Source: Paramoeba atlantica
Taxonomy: Eukaryota > Protista > Discosea
Direction: 5' to 3'
DNA length: 64,000 nt
NCBI GenBank assembly: GCA_977017575.1
Contig: CDRNVI010000069.1
Location: 248,001-312,000, forward strand
Shown here: piece by piece, positions 1-10,616 of the stretch
Layout of the letters: every line of letters begins with the position of its first letter
How positions within the stretch are numbered: the stretch's first letter is position 1
The notes under the pieces: model-generated
Database searches by the model: none
Seen by the model: the letters and a program-made list of their open reading frames with translations, nothing else
What the model was told of the DNA's origin: nothing
Position numbers and translations under genes: made by a program

Positions 1-1251
1 CCGAGATTGGGCTCGGGTCGGACGTCCGTGCTCGTCTTTGGTCCCATGTAAAACTGCGGACCAGCGTCGCTGGAAAGTCCAGCGAGAGAGGCGGTAGGAG
101 GGACGGGTGGCACTCTGTTCCTCCCGGTCCCGCTCCATTGTGCGTAGTGTGTCCTCGAAATTCGGACCCACAGTGGACTGCAGCGCACGGCTGCGGGAGA
201 CGAACGCGGAGAGGCGCTGATCTTTTTGTTTCGCCTCCAGAGCGCGCTCGGCGGCGACCGGGTCCAGCGGCCACCTGCCCTCGGTGGGGAGCCCACCAAG
301 GATGTGCTTCGCTGTGGTATTGAGGTCTTCCGTGAGATCACGGCAGAACTCGGGCCACTCCCCAGGTGGAGTACCATCGTGAAGCTCCACGACGCGAATC
401 TGACTCAGGCGCTCCATGCGCCGGATCAGATTCCACTTGTAGGGATGGCGGCAGCCAGCGATAAGGGATTTCTCCCGTTTCGAGAGCGGGAAGGTCTCGG
501 TGCCATCCCGCTCCCTTCTTTTATTCTTGTGAGCCTCCCACGCCACACGACGTCGGTCTGGGGGAAGCCGGAGAAGTGAGGTGCGCAGGAGCTCGTCGTA
601 CTCGGTGAGCCCGATGGCACCATAGAGCACACGGTCCCGCAGCCGCCGTGGGAGGTTGCGTGCCCACAGGGGGAACACCTGCTCGTCCCCCAGCATGTAC
701 GCATCCAGCCGGTCCTCCGGGACCATCCCGGTCTCGGACTCTATCTTCTCCCGGTACTGTGCAATCTCCCGCTCGTCGCGCTCCGCTACCCGGAGTGAGG
801 CTTTGGCTTGCCTATAGGCCGCCCGGGTAGGGGGAGAGAGGGACTTGATGCGACGCTTTAAAGTGCGAATACGCTCATTTAGCAGTCGAGTGTGATGTCC
901 GCGAGGCAGGGAGGGTATACCCGTATTGGACTCCGCCATCACCCCTCCAAGATCCATATCGGTGGCGATCTCCTCCTCGGCACGGGTGGTGGGGGAGGCG
1001 CCGTGACGCAGGGCCTCGTAGGCGTCAGAGGAGACCTGGGCGGAGCGCAATCGCTGGGACATACGCTCCTGGTGGCGTTCTTTGTTTTGCTCCTGCACAC
1101 CGCGAAGATAATTCCCCGGGTTCTTGGATTTGTAGCCCTCAAGGTAGTCATGACGGGGGAAGGTTCGCGGCCGACTGGTGTAGTCGTGGATTTCCGTTCG
1201 CTGCGGGTAATAAATATGATGGCGTCGGAAATGCGAGACGCTGCGTCTCAT
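1..1251 (-). CDS. Hypothetical protein, probably mitochondrion-targeted; 3' end runs off the window (absent from ORF track)
   Basis: Manual translation from ATG at 1251 gives 417 codons with no stop (MRRSVSHFRRHHIYYPQRTEIHDYTSRP...RWTFQRRWSAVLHGTKDEHGRPTRAQSR). Short Arg-rich N-terminus; pyrimidine tract plus AG upstream. Confidence 0.75.
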   Translation of the reverse strand, partial: MRRSVSHFRRHHIYYPQRTEIHDYTSRPRTFPRHDYLEGYKSKNPGNYLRGVQEQNKERHQERMSQRLRSAQVSSDAYEALRHGASPTTRAEEEIATDMDLGGVMAESNTGIPSLPRGHHTRLLNERIRTLKRRIKSLSPPTRAAYRQAKASLRVAERDEREIAQYREKIESETGMVPEDRLDAYMLGDEQVFPLWARNLPRRLRDRVLYGAIGLTEYDELLRTSLLRLPPDRRRVAWEAHKNKRRERDGTETFPLSKREKSLIAGCRHPYKWNLIRRMERLSQIRVVELHDGTPPGEWPEFCRDLTEDLNTTAKHILGGLPTEGRWPLDPVAAERALEAKQKDQRLSAFVSRSRALQSTVGPNFEDTLRTMERDREEQSATRPSYRLSRWTFQRRWSAVLHGTKDEHGRPTRAQSR

Positions 1252-1618
1252 AAGGGTGACATTTTAGATAGGAACAAAGAGTGAGTTGATTTTCTATACA
1301 GTTCTGAAAGAAAATGATTGGGCGAAGCAAATAAAAACTAATATCAAAGTCAGCTAATAAGAGCTTGAAAGTACATTACTGGGTGATCCAAAAGAGTGCT
1401 ACACGTGAACGTTTAATATCATCATGGTTATTTACTATAATAGTATCATCATTTTCTATTCTACTCTAGAAGAATTACACTCGTGTCCTACTTTTCGATT
1501 AAAGGTAGTACTATTTCATTTATAAAATGATTGCCCAAAAATAAATCGAATAGAGTAAGTTATGTTGTATAAAGTGCCTTATCAGCACGAACACCTCTGG
1601 ATATTTCGGTTCCTTCAT

Positions 1619-4204
1619 TCACTGAGTCTTACAGAAACAACAAATGATCCTAAAGAAAAAATACAGTATTCGGTGTAAAAAGGATACCCCGGGACCATTC
1701 TCATGTCCCGGATCCTCTACTTCATCCTCCGGCTCCCTGTGCGTCCTTCGCACGGGAGTGACAAACTTTTGGGGTGGGATCCTCACTTTCTCTTGTTCCT
1801 CTCTAAAGGAACTTCCAAGCAGCGTGGAGGCCGTAGCCTTCTCCCTTGGGTGTGCTCGATCCGTCCCGGGGGTATCCGGTACCGAAACGGGCATCCGCTC
1901 CGGGGAAGCGAGCAGCGAGGGTCTGGAACTCTCCGAGAATTCTCCCGCCATGTGCTCCATCGGGTTTAAATTTCCAGAGGAGGTAAGAGTGCCTGAGGCA
2001 CTCCCCGAGAGCGGGCGGCGAGCGCTGGGTGCGTGCGGGGTGGTGGGGATCAACGAGTCCATGGGAAGGAAGAAAGGGCTATCGGCGGGGGACTCGCGCG
2101 GAAGTGAAGAGCCCAGTCGCCACCGTTGTGGGGTACTCGGCGCTAGACGTTCCGGGTGGCCTGGGACCACACTTTGTGAGGAGGAGAAGAACGTCGCATC
2201 GGTGATCTGATTCTCGCGCAGGTCGAGCATTTGTATCGAACCATGGGTGATACGCTGACGCTGCTGGAAGAGCTTGCCGTCCCCCGTTAACAAGTTATCG
2301 CTGAGATCCAGGTAGTCGAGTTTCGCGGGAAGTGGTGCCATGGCCTCGACACGACCCACAAGTTCGTTGCCTCTGAGGTCAGCGTGTTGTAGACGTGAAG
2401 GCAGCACGAGCGTCTCCTGAGAACCTCTGGAAGATGCAGCCGCACCCCTACCATAATCTCTTGTTCTCTTTTCCTGGCCAGAGACTCGTAATGAGGTTTC
2501 GGGTGAACGAAGGACACTATGCGATTTGACGCTTCGTTCCGAGACTCGACTTAGTTCTCCTTCGATGGACCCACTCATAAGATTGTCGCTAAGATCCAGA
2601 TAGACCAGTGTTTGCGGAAAAGTTACTTGAGATAAGACTCCACTTAACGCATTTTCACCCAAGTCTAACTCCACCAGCCGTTGAGGAAGAGGTAAGCAGC
2701 TCAGATCACCCTCAATCTCATTCTCATGTGCCACAATTGACTGCAGGCTTTGGGGTAACAGATGCATCCGCTCTACACTACCCAGTATAGCGTTGTCACT
2801 AAGATTCACATGTTGCAGATTCGGGGGAAAGCGTAATTTCTCCACATTTCCTTGAATACGGTTATGTGCTACAACGAGTGTCGTCAAAGCACGAGGAAGC
2901 ACGAGATCGTGTAGACTGCCACTCAATCGGTTATCACGTACATCCAGTCGAGTGAGTCCCAGGGGCAGGCGCGTACGCTCGATATTTCCTGCCATCTGAT
3001 TATAACTTAAGTCCAGCTCCTCTAGGGTGTCTGGTAAAGTGAGCGAAGGGAAGACACCATGAAATTGGTTTTCACTGAGTGCCAAAGTGGAAAGTCTTGG
3101 CGGAAGCTGCACAGCTGAAAAATTGTTGCAGGAAATTGTATTCTGACTGAGATCAAGAAAGGTCAAGTGGGAAGGGAATTTTGCTTCCTCGAGTTGTCCG
3201 CTCACTTGATTATTGCTTAAATCAACTTCAGCCAGTGAGGACGGAAAGATCAAATCATGGATACGACCCCACAAAGCATTGCCTCTGAGGTCTAAAAAGC
3301 GCAACGCTGGTGTCCTGGTGATGTAAAGGAACTGTAGATCACCCTCCATACCCGTGTCACTCAGATCAAGATACGTTAAACCAGGTGGAAGACGCAAGTC
3401 TTTGACTTCGCCATGTAGTGAGTTTGCGCCCAAGTCCAGCTCTAGAAGTTCACGAGGCAGACTAAGGCTACGGACGTCAACCGAAATCATGTTATCGCTA
3501 AGGTCAAGGAGCTTCAATGACTCTGGTAGAACGATCTTCGCTAAGTCACCATACAGCTCGTTCTGGTTTAGATTTAGTACCCGAAGATGAGGGGGCAAAT
3601 TTTTGCCCGAAATGGAGGATGCCAGCGTCCCACGTAATTCGCGAGCGGACCACACAATACTAGTCACACGGCGGGAAGGGCTGCGGGATTCTCCAGAAAA
3701 GAGAGACATTAGCTTTTGTGCCCCCGAAGTGTCGGCGACTACGCTACACTCTACGCCGCTCCAATCACATGGAGGGGTTTCCGCGATCCAGCTCGGGTGT
3801 GGATTCTCTATTCCACAAATAAGACTCTGAAGTGCCTCCAAGTCCTCGCGTTCATCCGGATTCAGCGATCGAACGGGAGGTTTCGATAATTTCGTGGATA
3901 AGGCTTCTGGTATTTTACCACGTCGTCGGTGATGCGATCTCGGACTCGGGGCGTGAGAAGAAGCTCGACTCACAGCTCCCGTAGATTTCACTACAGGGTT
4001 ATCCAATCTCAGTCGCGGATTCCTTAATTGATCTTTTTGCAAATTCCGCGAACGAGTCTGTTGGGAGATGTCAGTTCCACGCATGTGTGTGGGTGCCCCG
4101 CCTAAGAAAAGACACAAGTATGGGATGATGACATGAAGAATCCTGTAGGGTACGGAATAATCGCGATAGCAGCGGGTGAATTGATTACGACAAAGGCTGC
4201 TCAT
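1619..4204 (-). CDS. Large leucine-rich repeat protein with LRRNT-like cap, Ser/Pro-rich tail and hydrophobic/Cys C-terminus
   Basis: About 20 LxxLxLxxNxLxG repeats; W..ETPPCDWSGVEC cap; ttttttacacAG acceptor upstream of the ATG. Confidence 0.9.
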   Translation of the reverse strand: MSSLCRNQFTRCYRDYSVPYRILHVIIPYLCLFLGGAPTHMRGTDISQQTRSRNLQKDQLRNPRLRLDNPVVKSTGAVSRASSHAPSPRSHHRRRGKIPEALSTKLSKPPVRSLNPDEREDLEALQSLICGIENPHPSWIAETPPCDWSGVECSVVADTSGAQKLMSLFSGESRSPSRRVTSIVWSARELRGTLASSISGKNLPPHLRVLNLNQNELYGDLAKIVLPESLKLLDLSDNMISVDVRSLSLPRELLELDLGANSLHGEVKDLRLPPGLTYLDLSDTGMEGDLQFLYITRTPALRFLDLRGNALWGRIHDLIFPSSLAEVDLSNNQVSGQLEEAKFPSHLTFLDLSQNTISCNNFSAVQLPPRLSTLALSENQFHGVFPSLTLPDTLEELDLSYNQMAGNIERTRLPLGLTRLDVRDNRLSGSLHDLVLPRALTTLVVAHNRIQGNVEKLRFPPNLQHVNLSDNAILGSVERMHLLPQSLQSIVAHENEIEGDLSCLPLPQRLVELDLGENALSGVLSQVTFPQTLVYLDLSDNLMSGSIEGELSRVSERSVKSHSVLRSPETSLRVSGQEKRTRDYGRGAAASSRGSQETLVLPSRLQHADLRGNELVGRVEAMAPLPAKLDYLDLSDNLLTGDGKLFQQRQRITHGSIQMLDLRENQITDATFFSSSQSVVPGHPERLAPSTPQRWRLGSSLPRESPADSPFFLPMDSLIPTTPHAPSARRPLSGSASGTLTSSGNLNPMEHMAGEFSESSRPSLLASPERMPVSVPDTPGTDRAHPREKATASTLLGSSFREEQEKVRIPPQKFVTPVRRTHREPEDEVEDPGHENGPGVSFLHRILYFFFRIICCFCKTQ

Positions 4205-4576
4205 CCGACCTCCATAGTTAGCTGTGTAAAAAATAATAAAATTATAGAAAGAAATGTTTTAAAATAAAATACTGTATAAAATCCTTAGTGTAAGTAATGT
4301 GATGGTAGTCTTAATGTGATGGTTTTCGAACTGTTTCGCCTACTTTTACGGTCTTCAACCAGTTCAGCGCGTGAGAGAAAAGCTAAAACGATCATTGATA
4401 AAAAATTGAACAAAAAAAAAAAATGGCGCCGCTTCGCGTCGCCGTATTCGTTGATGCCGAAACTACTCTCGAAAACTTTCGAAACGAACCAGCTGATGAC
4501 TCACCTACAGCTAAGCCTCATGTTTATTAAATTACTGAAACGTGTTTTATCCTGACACTACGCGCGAGCATTTCCA

Positions 4577-5014
4577 TTATCCTGCTTCAAAAATTTGTAC
4601 TTTGAGTTCTATTTCTGTTCTCCGCGTTTCGACCTCCATGAAATCCTCCACACTCTTAGTTCCACGCTTTTCAAGAGTTCTAACCTTTCGTTTAGTCTTG
4701 CAGAGTTTGTTATGCAGCCTCTTGATAATTGCATCTTTGGCATTGACTTTTTGCTCCAAGGACTTCAATTGTTCGTCACTTGGACCTGAAATTAATTGTG
4801 GAACGGGTGCTTCCTTTTCAGGAGACAAAGAGCCAAGGCTAGTATCGTCATCAGCTCCACGCGATACATCGGAGTTAATACCCTTTATTTCCCCTACCGC
4901 TTCTAAAAGCTTTGCGTCTAACCCAGGGGACAATGTTCCTTGCGCTTCGGCACTATTTTTCCGGTGTTCTCTGTGATAATCTGAGTATGCCTGAAAAAAA
5001 TTGACTAAAAACAA
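4577..5014 (-). CDS. Hypothetical coiled-coil protein or fragment
   Basis: 145-aa ORF with heptad-like LKSLEQKVNAKDAIIKRLHNKL; flanked by repeat DNA; start uncertain. Confidence 0.35.
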   Translation of the reverse strand: MFLVNFFQAYSDYHREHRKNSAEAQGTLSPGLDAKLLEAVGEIKGINSDVSRGADDDTSLGSLSPEKEAPVPQLISGPSDEQLKSLEQKVNAKDAIIKRLHNKLCKTKRKVRTLEKRGTKSVEDFMEVETRRTEIELKVQIFEAG

Positions 5015-5183
5015 GTCTCAAAGATCTTTGCATAATCTTAGATTATGCAAAAAGCAGGCGTATTACCCCCTGGTTAGCCTTATCAAATGTTTTTTTTCTG
5101 TTTCATTCTTTTCTTCCCAAAAAAATTATTTTGAGGAGAAAATCATGAACCTCGGAGGTACACACGAGGTGTCTAGAGGTCTA

Positions 5184-5518
5184 CTCCCCCTCTGATTAAT
5201 TTTGATAATGATAAATGATAAATGAGATTGGCTATTATTATCATTATCATTTATCAAAAAAAAAACGAGAACAGCTTTCGGGCGAAAATACCTCATTTCT
5301 AGGCGAAAAAGACAATTTTTTAGCCCAGATTTGGGGCATTTTGGGTGTTCAAATTGAAAAATTTGTGACTTCGCTGTTCTAGAGAACGCAATATATTGCA
5401 ACAAGGAAAAAATTTGATTATCATTTATCAAAAATAGAATCTTTTGATAAATCATTATCAAAATAATGGGAGATAAAATTTAAAAAGAAACTCATTCGTC
5501 AAAATTATCAGAGGGGGG
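5184..5518. mobile_element. MITE, TA-flanked
   Basis: TA|C(T/C)CCCCCTCTGAT(T)AATTTTGA inverted termini; internal GATAAAT repeats. Confidence 0.7.
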
Positions 5519-5638
5519 TATAAGTCCTTTAGTCCTTTCAGATCATTCATCTGTAACAAATGAAACAGATACGTGAAGTACGTTATTTTTTTCCAGTTGT
5601 ATCGAATGCCAAAGGAAGATTAAGCCGAAGAAAGGTTA

Positions 5639-6768
5639 CTGTGACCCCCCCTTTAATACGGACAGATTTTTAGACTTTACCCGTATTAAAGGGGGGGGGG
5701 CACTAAAGATGAGAAAATGACCCTGTTTTTACGCTAAAAAATGCGACAAAAAAAAGTTTGGCGCCGCTTCGCGGTGCCTGTTTCTTTTGATGAAATTGGT
5801 TAAAGGGGGTGATCTGTAGGGGAAGTAAATTTTACGAGCACACCCCAGACTAAAGTGGACGAGGGAGATACTAAACCGCAGTCGGGTTTAACATTCCGGG
5901 GGAATGCTAAGTAGCTACAGGAAGGATAACTTTTTTTTGAGTTTGTAAATCATCTTCTTCAAAAAAAGGATGACATAAAAGTTAACATACCTGTAACAAG
6001 ATAACGTACCGGGGGGGGGGTATGTTATCCTATAACACCGCTTACAGGATAAGGACTGCGTACGGGATAAAGAGACGTTTCCTTCAGGAAGTAAAACGTT
6101 CAATTATTTGCGCGCGTCGCCTTTTTCCGATATACCGTAGATCCACCAGTAATAGACCCCTCATTAACAAGGATTTCGCTCGGGAGGGTGGCTCAAGGGG
6201 GGAGGGGGATTTGGGAGGGGTAAGGGTGGTTGCGCGGGAGCGAGTGTTCTTCTTTTACCCTGAATGGGGTACCCGGGCGGCTCCGATTTTTCATGCACTG
6301 ATAAGTGGTCCTATACTTTGCTTTGTATGCCAACGGAAGGCAGTATCATATTCCGGATTAAAAATCATGCTCTTATGCATGAGGCCACTACTTGTTCGAA
6401 AGGTCATGAGCCACGGGTACGTACTCTTAAGGAAGGGCATTGGTTATGCTCCGATAGAAAGTGCCGCGGTAAAATTTATTTTTTGGAACCTCTTCTTACG
6501 GCCGCACGTGGGCGCACCGGAAACCAGGTTTTTAAAGTCTTATACGGTATCACTTCTGTAGCCGGCTACAGATCTCAATGGTAAACGGACTTGGGGCCGA
6601 TCGCTCCGCTGACAAACATCCCTTTGAGTCGTGCTCTCGAACAATGAAAATCGAAGAAACGAAAAAATGAAAATCGAAACTTTTTCCAATTTCCTTCCAA
6701 AAAAATTCAAAAAATTCCGCATTAAAGGGGGGGATCAGGGGGGTCCGTATTAAAGGGGGGGGTCACAG
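5639..6768. mobile_element. Non-autonomous TA-flanked TIR element carrying a Merlin-like N-terminal fragment
   Basis: ~25-bp TIR CTGTGACCCCCCCTTTAATACGGAC at both ends with TA outside. A second right end lies near 47850 and a solo left end at 41366. Confidence 0.8.
6264..6584 (+). pseudogene. Merlin/ISXO2-like transposase N-terminal zinc-finger fragment (second copy 47343-47663)
   Basis: TEGSIIFRIKNHALMHEATTCSKGH...HWLCSDRKCRG...PLLTAARGRTGNQVFK aligns by eye with TEKQCVEWLQDHKLVAQKVICCKRNH...KWKCTKSCKG...PLLPGRVQRSAKQTLK of the transposase at 44785. Confidence 0.55.
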
Positions 6769-7039
6769 TAAGTGGCTTGGTTAGATTATCGTGGCCTGTA
6801 CTATAGTACAGTATGTAAAAAAGTATAGAAGTAAAAAAATGGTAATCACCTACTGTATTCGTATTTAAAATAATTTTACAAGGTGTACAAAGTCCATTCA
6901 CTCAGATCTACAGTGTCACAAGAATTCGCTCAAACGGACTTACTATACTAATTTTAGAGGGGGTGTCTTATCTTGTCGAGGGGTTTACATGTATGGAGAG
7001 TAGCGATATAAACGATAAAAACAATCCTCAAAAAAAATC

Positions 7040-7128
7040 GCACCGCTTCGCGGCGCGGTGTTCGTCATGCCTCAATATTGCGCTTAAGTAGCCGTGTCAA
7101 ACGGTTGCGCATAAGTGGGGGGACAGTA
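7040..7128. mobile_element. Right end of TA-flanked TIR family CTGTCCCCCCACTTA(T/A)GCGCAACC
   Basis: Reverse complement matches the left end at 43852; adjacent GCCGCTTCGCGGC hairpin. Confidence 0.6.
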
Positions 7129-7453
7129 ACTATCCGGAGTAACGAGTCACACGATTTCAGTTTTAGTATCTTTCCAATGAAAGGGAACCCAAAGAAGAAA
7201 TATGAAAACAAAGGAATTATCAGAACGGTCTTGAAACAGTTTGACTTCAAGGAAACGTTTTTCAATTGGAATTCAGAGAGCTGGGTTTGGATATCATCAT
7301 ATCAAATGAAGCTAACATAATTTTTAAGAAATTATTTATTATTTAGCAATTTATCTTTCACGATTTCAGAACATGAAAATAATTGAGGGAAAGCTACTGG
7401 GGTGTGCCGTTAACGCAGCTAGAAAAGTATTCAAAAATAATATTCTACTGTAG

Positions 7454-8266
7454 TTAGAAAACGGGGGAAGAAAACGTTCTGTCATAAGAATAAAGGAATT
7501 TGAACACTTGCTCCACTTTATTATCAATATTATTGCCTAAAAGCGGAACGTGAACAAGTTCGGGATCACCAAAAGATCTTCCGAGGCAGAGCTTTTCGCT
7601 TGCTGTCAAGGGCTCGTACTCAGAAATAAAATTTCTAAGTACGCGACGTGATATTATAGGATCATACGGCAACGTTTCGTGATCGCTTCGATGACGAATG
7701 CGATGCAAACAAATCTCTTTTACTGACTTATTGATAGGTTCCAGATCCCATTGTAAGAAAACGTTATGCAGATGTGCGGAACGAAAGTGGTCTTTTCCCT
7801 TAAAATGTATTTTACAAGGAGTCAAAGTCGAAAATATGTTTCTGAAAGTAGAATTCAAAAAGGAGAGTATACGCCATCTTATACAAGAATTGTGAAAGTT
7901 TTTGTCCAGAATAATACAAAACCATGGATTTTTATCCGGAGTATTCCCCACGCTGACTTTGTTAAATCTAGAAAAAGAAACAAAGGCATTTCTCACTTCC
8001 TTTTCGAAAATCTCTTTGATGCCAAAGCAAGTGTCTTGAGACAACACACAAAACCCCATGAGAGATGATAAAGAATCTTCGTTCTGAAATAACACGTCGT
8101 TTCCGGACAAAAAAGCGTTTGATTGACGTGACTCTGATTCGGTTGAAGATTTCGTCGTAGTTTTCATTATTCTTTTCACAATTTCACTTATTAAAGTTGT
8201 TTTTCCGCATCCAGGAATCCCAATTGGGAGAACGCAGAGCACTCGCGTAATTTTATTCAGTGACAT
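7454..8266 (-). CDS. P-loop kinase resembling the kinase module of Trl1-type tRNA ligase
   Basis: VLPIGIPGCGKTTL Walker A, SQD, ILDKNFHN, RIRHRSDHETL. Confidence 0.65.
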   Translation of the reverse strand: MSLNKITRVLCVLPIGIPGCGKTTLISEIVKRIMKTTTKSSTESESRQSNAFLSGNDVLFQNEDSLSSLMGFCVLSQDTCFGIKEIFEKEVRNAFVSFSRFNKVSVGNTPDKNPWFCIILDKNFHNSCIRWRILSFLNSTFRNIFSTLTPCKIHFKGKDHFRSAHLHNVFLQWDLEPINKSVKEICLHRIRHRSDHETLPYDPIISRRVLRNFISEYEPLTASEKLCLGRSFGDPELVHVPLLGNNIDNKVEQVFKFLYSYDRTFSSPVF

Positions 8267-8479
8267 GTATACTAGGTTCGCGTGTTGAAGTAAAATCTAT
8301 AATCTAAGAGGATTGTTTTGTTAATCTAAACGTTCTCATTTTCTTTGAGGGATGGATTTAAAATTCTTTGAGGTCTACGCCACGGTATCTAAAACGAATA
8401 ACAGAGCTTTATGACTGGAGTTTCTCTGAGCTCGATTTCCAATACAGTCAATCTCAGTATTTCCACAATTCTTATATTA

Positions 8480-8668
8480 CTATACCCCCCCCCCTACTTA
8501 ATGGTCACTCTTCGCGTAACTCCATGGTTAAGAGGCGTCTGAAGCGGGACAGCAATGCTCTAAGCCGGAAAAGAGGGGGGGGGAATACAAGCATAGGCAG
8601 AGGTATGCACCGGAAGTTTGAAGTGCAATAGGGGTGATGCATTGCTGGAAGTTTTAATAAATTTGAAG
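8480..8668 (+). pseudogene. TIR-like end followed by a C-terminal remnant of the Merlin transposase
   Basis: NSMVKRRLKRDSNALSRKRG and (frameshifted) IQA*AEVCTGSLKCNRGDALLEVLINLK match NSIVKKRSKREGGVLGRKG and VQAYAEQGSGSLKCNGGDALLRVLENLK at the end of 44785-45747. The TA|CTATACCCCCC..TACTTAAT terminus resembles the reverse complement of an end near 48925-48940. Confidence 0.7.
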
Positions 8669-9703
8669 GATTTTTTTTAAACCGTTATGATTTTCCTACT
8701 TCTTTTCCTAATTTTCCCACACCTTACCCACTTTTTCCCCCTTAACGATTTTCCGCTTAACCGTTTTCCCTTGCCTTTTTTCACAACTTCCTTCTTTCTT
8801 TTTACTTCCTTTACTTCCCTTTCTTTACCTCCCTTTGCTTTTCCTTTCCTTTCCGTTCCTTTACTTCCCTTCCCTTTCCTCACTCGACTTTCAAACTCAT
8901 TGGGGAGGTTGAGGACTCCCGGCGCTTTTACTAGGAGTCGGCCCAGGGAAAACTTTCCTCATGTGTTCTGGACCGGGTCTTTCGACCTCTCCCAGCTTGC
9001 CTTGGTAACCCTGCTCTTGTTGTACGAGAGGGCGCAAGAAATGGGCCTCCGCCGGCAGCGGAACATTCACAGAACCAGGTTGTGGCCGACGGGGAGGGGC
9101 AGGGTCCCCAGCCCAGGCACTACCTCACTTGGGGGTACCTAGTCGACGGGGGCTAGGTGTGAGTATAGGTCCTGCCGACTCGACCAACACCCGACGGGTT
9201 CAGGCTGGTGAATGGGGGGGGGCGAGAATCACGTAGTTCTCAAAGCTTTTTTTTGTCATCCCCCGAGCCCATTAGCGCACGCCCCTACGGTACCAGTTTT
9301 GTACCGCGGCATGCGCTATCTGGGCGTTCCCCTTTAAGGAATACTGTGTATGCGTTCATTTGTAAGATGTAAGCATGTACAAGTGGAGAAAAATCTAAAG
9401 TAAACCCCGCCCAGCGAAAAGTCAGCCCCCTCTAGCTTTTCAGCCACCCCAACTGTCCAGCCAGTGTCCTTTTGAGCTCATTTTTGTTGCATTTTGCAGA
9501 TCCTAACACAAAGACTTTGCGCGTTAAAGCATGGAACCAAAACTCTCGAATGAGTGCATCCGATAGACGGATTATCACATTCACACTTTCTTCACACTTT
9601 TCAATCGAACAATTTCTCACTTTTCAAGTAAGTAATGGCTGTATATTGTAATGGCTGTATACAACATTGGAGTTTTTTGCTTCCTGTATACTAATCGAAT
9701 GTG

Positions 9704-10045
9704 TTACTCGGCCCATTTAAAAAATGTACAATTCCCTGTTCCGCAAGTCAAGAATCTACGATTTTTATTAGGTGACGCTTTTGTTACTTCACGAAGCGAG
9801 GCAGCCTTCCCGCAAAAGCATTCATCCGGCTCTGTATTCAATTCTCTTTTCCAATGATTTGTTTTCTTTTGATAATTCGATGTTGTTGATGCTGCAGCGG
9901 CATTCAGAGGTACTTCGTCACTTGACGCAATATTTTCAAAGTTTAATAATGAGAACCACTTCGTCGAACACTGCGTTGCTCTTGAGGGGAGCCTGCTTTC
10001 TTCAAGATTATTGATCACACAAAAAAGAACGAGGAGGCTTAGCAT
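9704..10045 (-). CDS. Small GRF zinc-finger protein (possibly a gene fragment)
   Basis: CFCGKAASLREVTKASPNKNRRFLTCGTGNCTFFKW = zf-GRF pattern. Confidence 0.6.
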   Translation of the reverse strand: MLSLLVLFCVINNLEESRLPSRATQCSTKWFSLLNFENIASSDEVPLNAAAASTTSNYQKKTNHWKRELNTEPDECFCGKAASLREVTKASPNKNRRFLTCGTGNCTFFKWAE

Positions 10046-10616
10046 GGAAAATTAATAGTAAATAATATGGATGAATATTTTTTAGAGTGACAAGATAAAA
10101 CAGAACGCAATGGGTCCGTATTGTAAGTTCCGGGGCCGAGATAAATGCTTTGTCATAAAAACGAAACTGCAGAATGTGTACTTTAATTAGTAAGCTGCAT
10201 GATACCAGTTTACCACCATTGAAACTTGGCGGCGAAAACGATTTGGGCGTCGCCACGTTTTATGGCGATGCCAATAACCATTATATAGCACGGTGTAGGA
10301 AGCCGTGGGTGTCCGAGGTGCACCCTCCACACTACCGTAGAAATGTCAGGGTCATAGTTCCGGGAACGACGAGTGTAGTAAAGGCTAATGGGAAGTGTTT
10401 CATCCTGCGTGCTGCTTCGAGAGTGTCATAGGCCTTGTGTTTAGTGGCCTCTGCCCAGGCAAGAGTAAGGAGTGACCAGGACAAGCAAACTGCATGATCC
10501 TTTGGAAATAATGCTTCATTGAAACAATAAGCGCAAATGCAACAAATGATGGTGGTTGTAAAACTGTTGTCCTTCCTTCAGAGAGTCGTCCACTTCAATA
10601 GATACAGACAGTGCTA

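Noticed and set aside
8677-9142. Lys-rich and Phe-rich ORFs
   Set aside because: Translation artefacts of the polypyrimidine tract.
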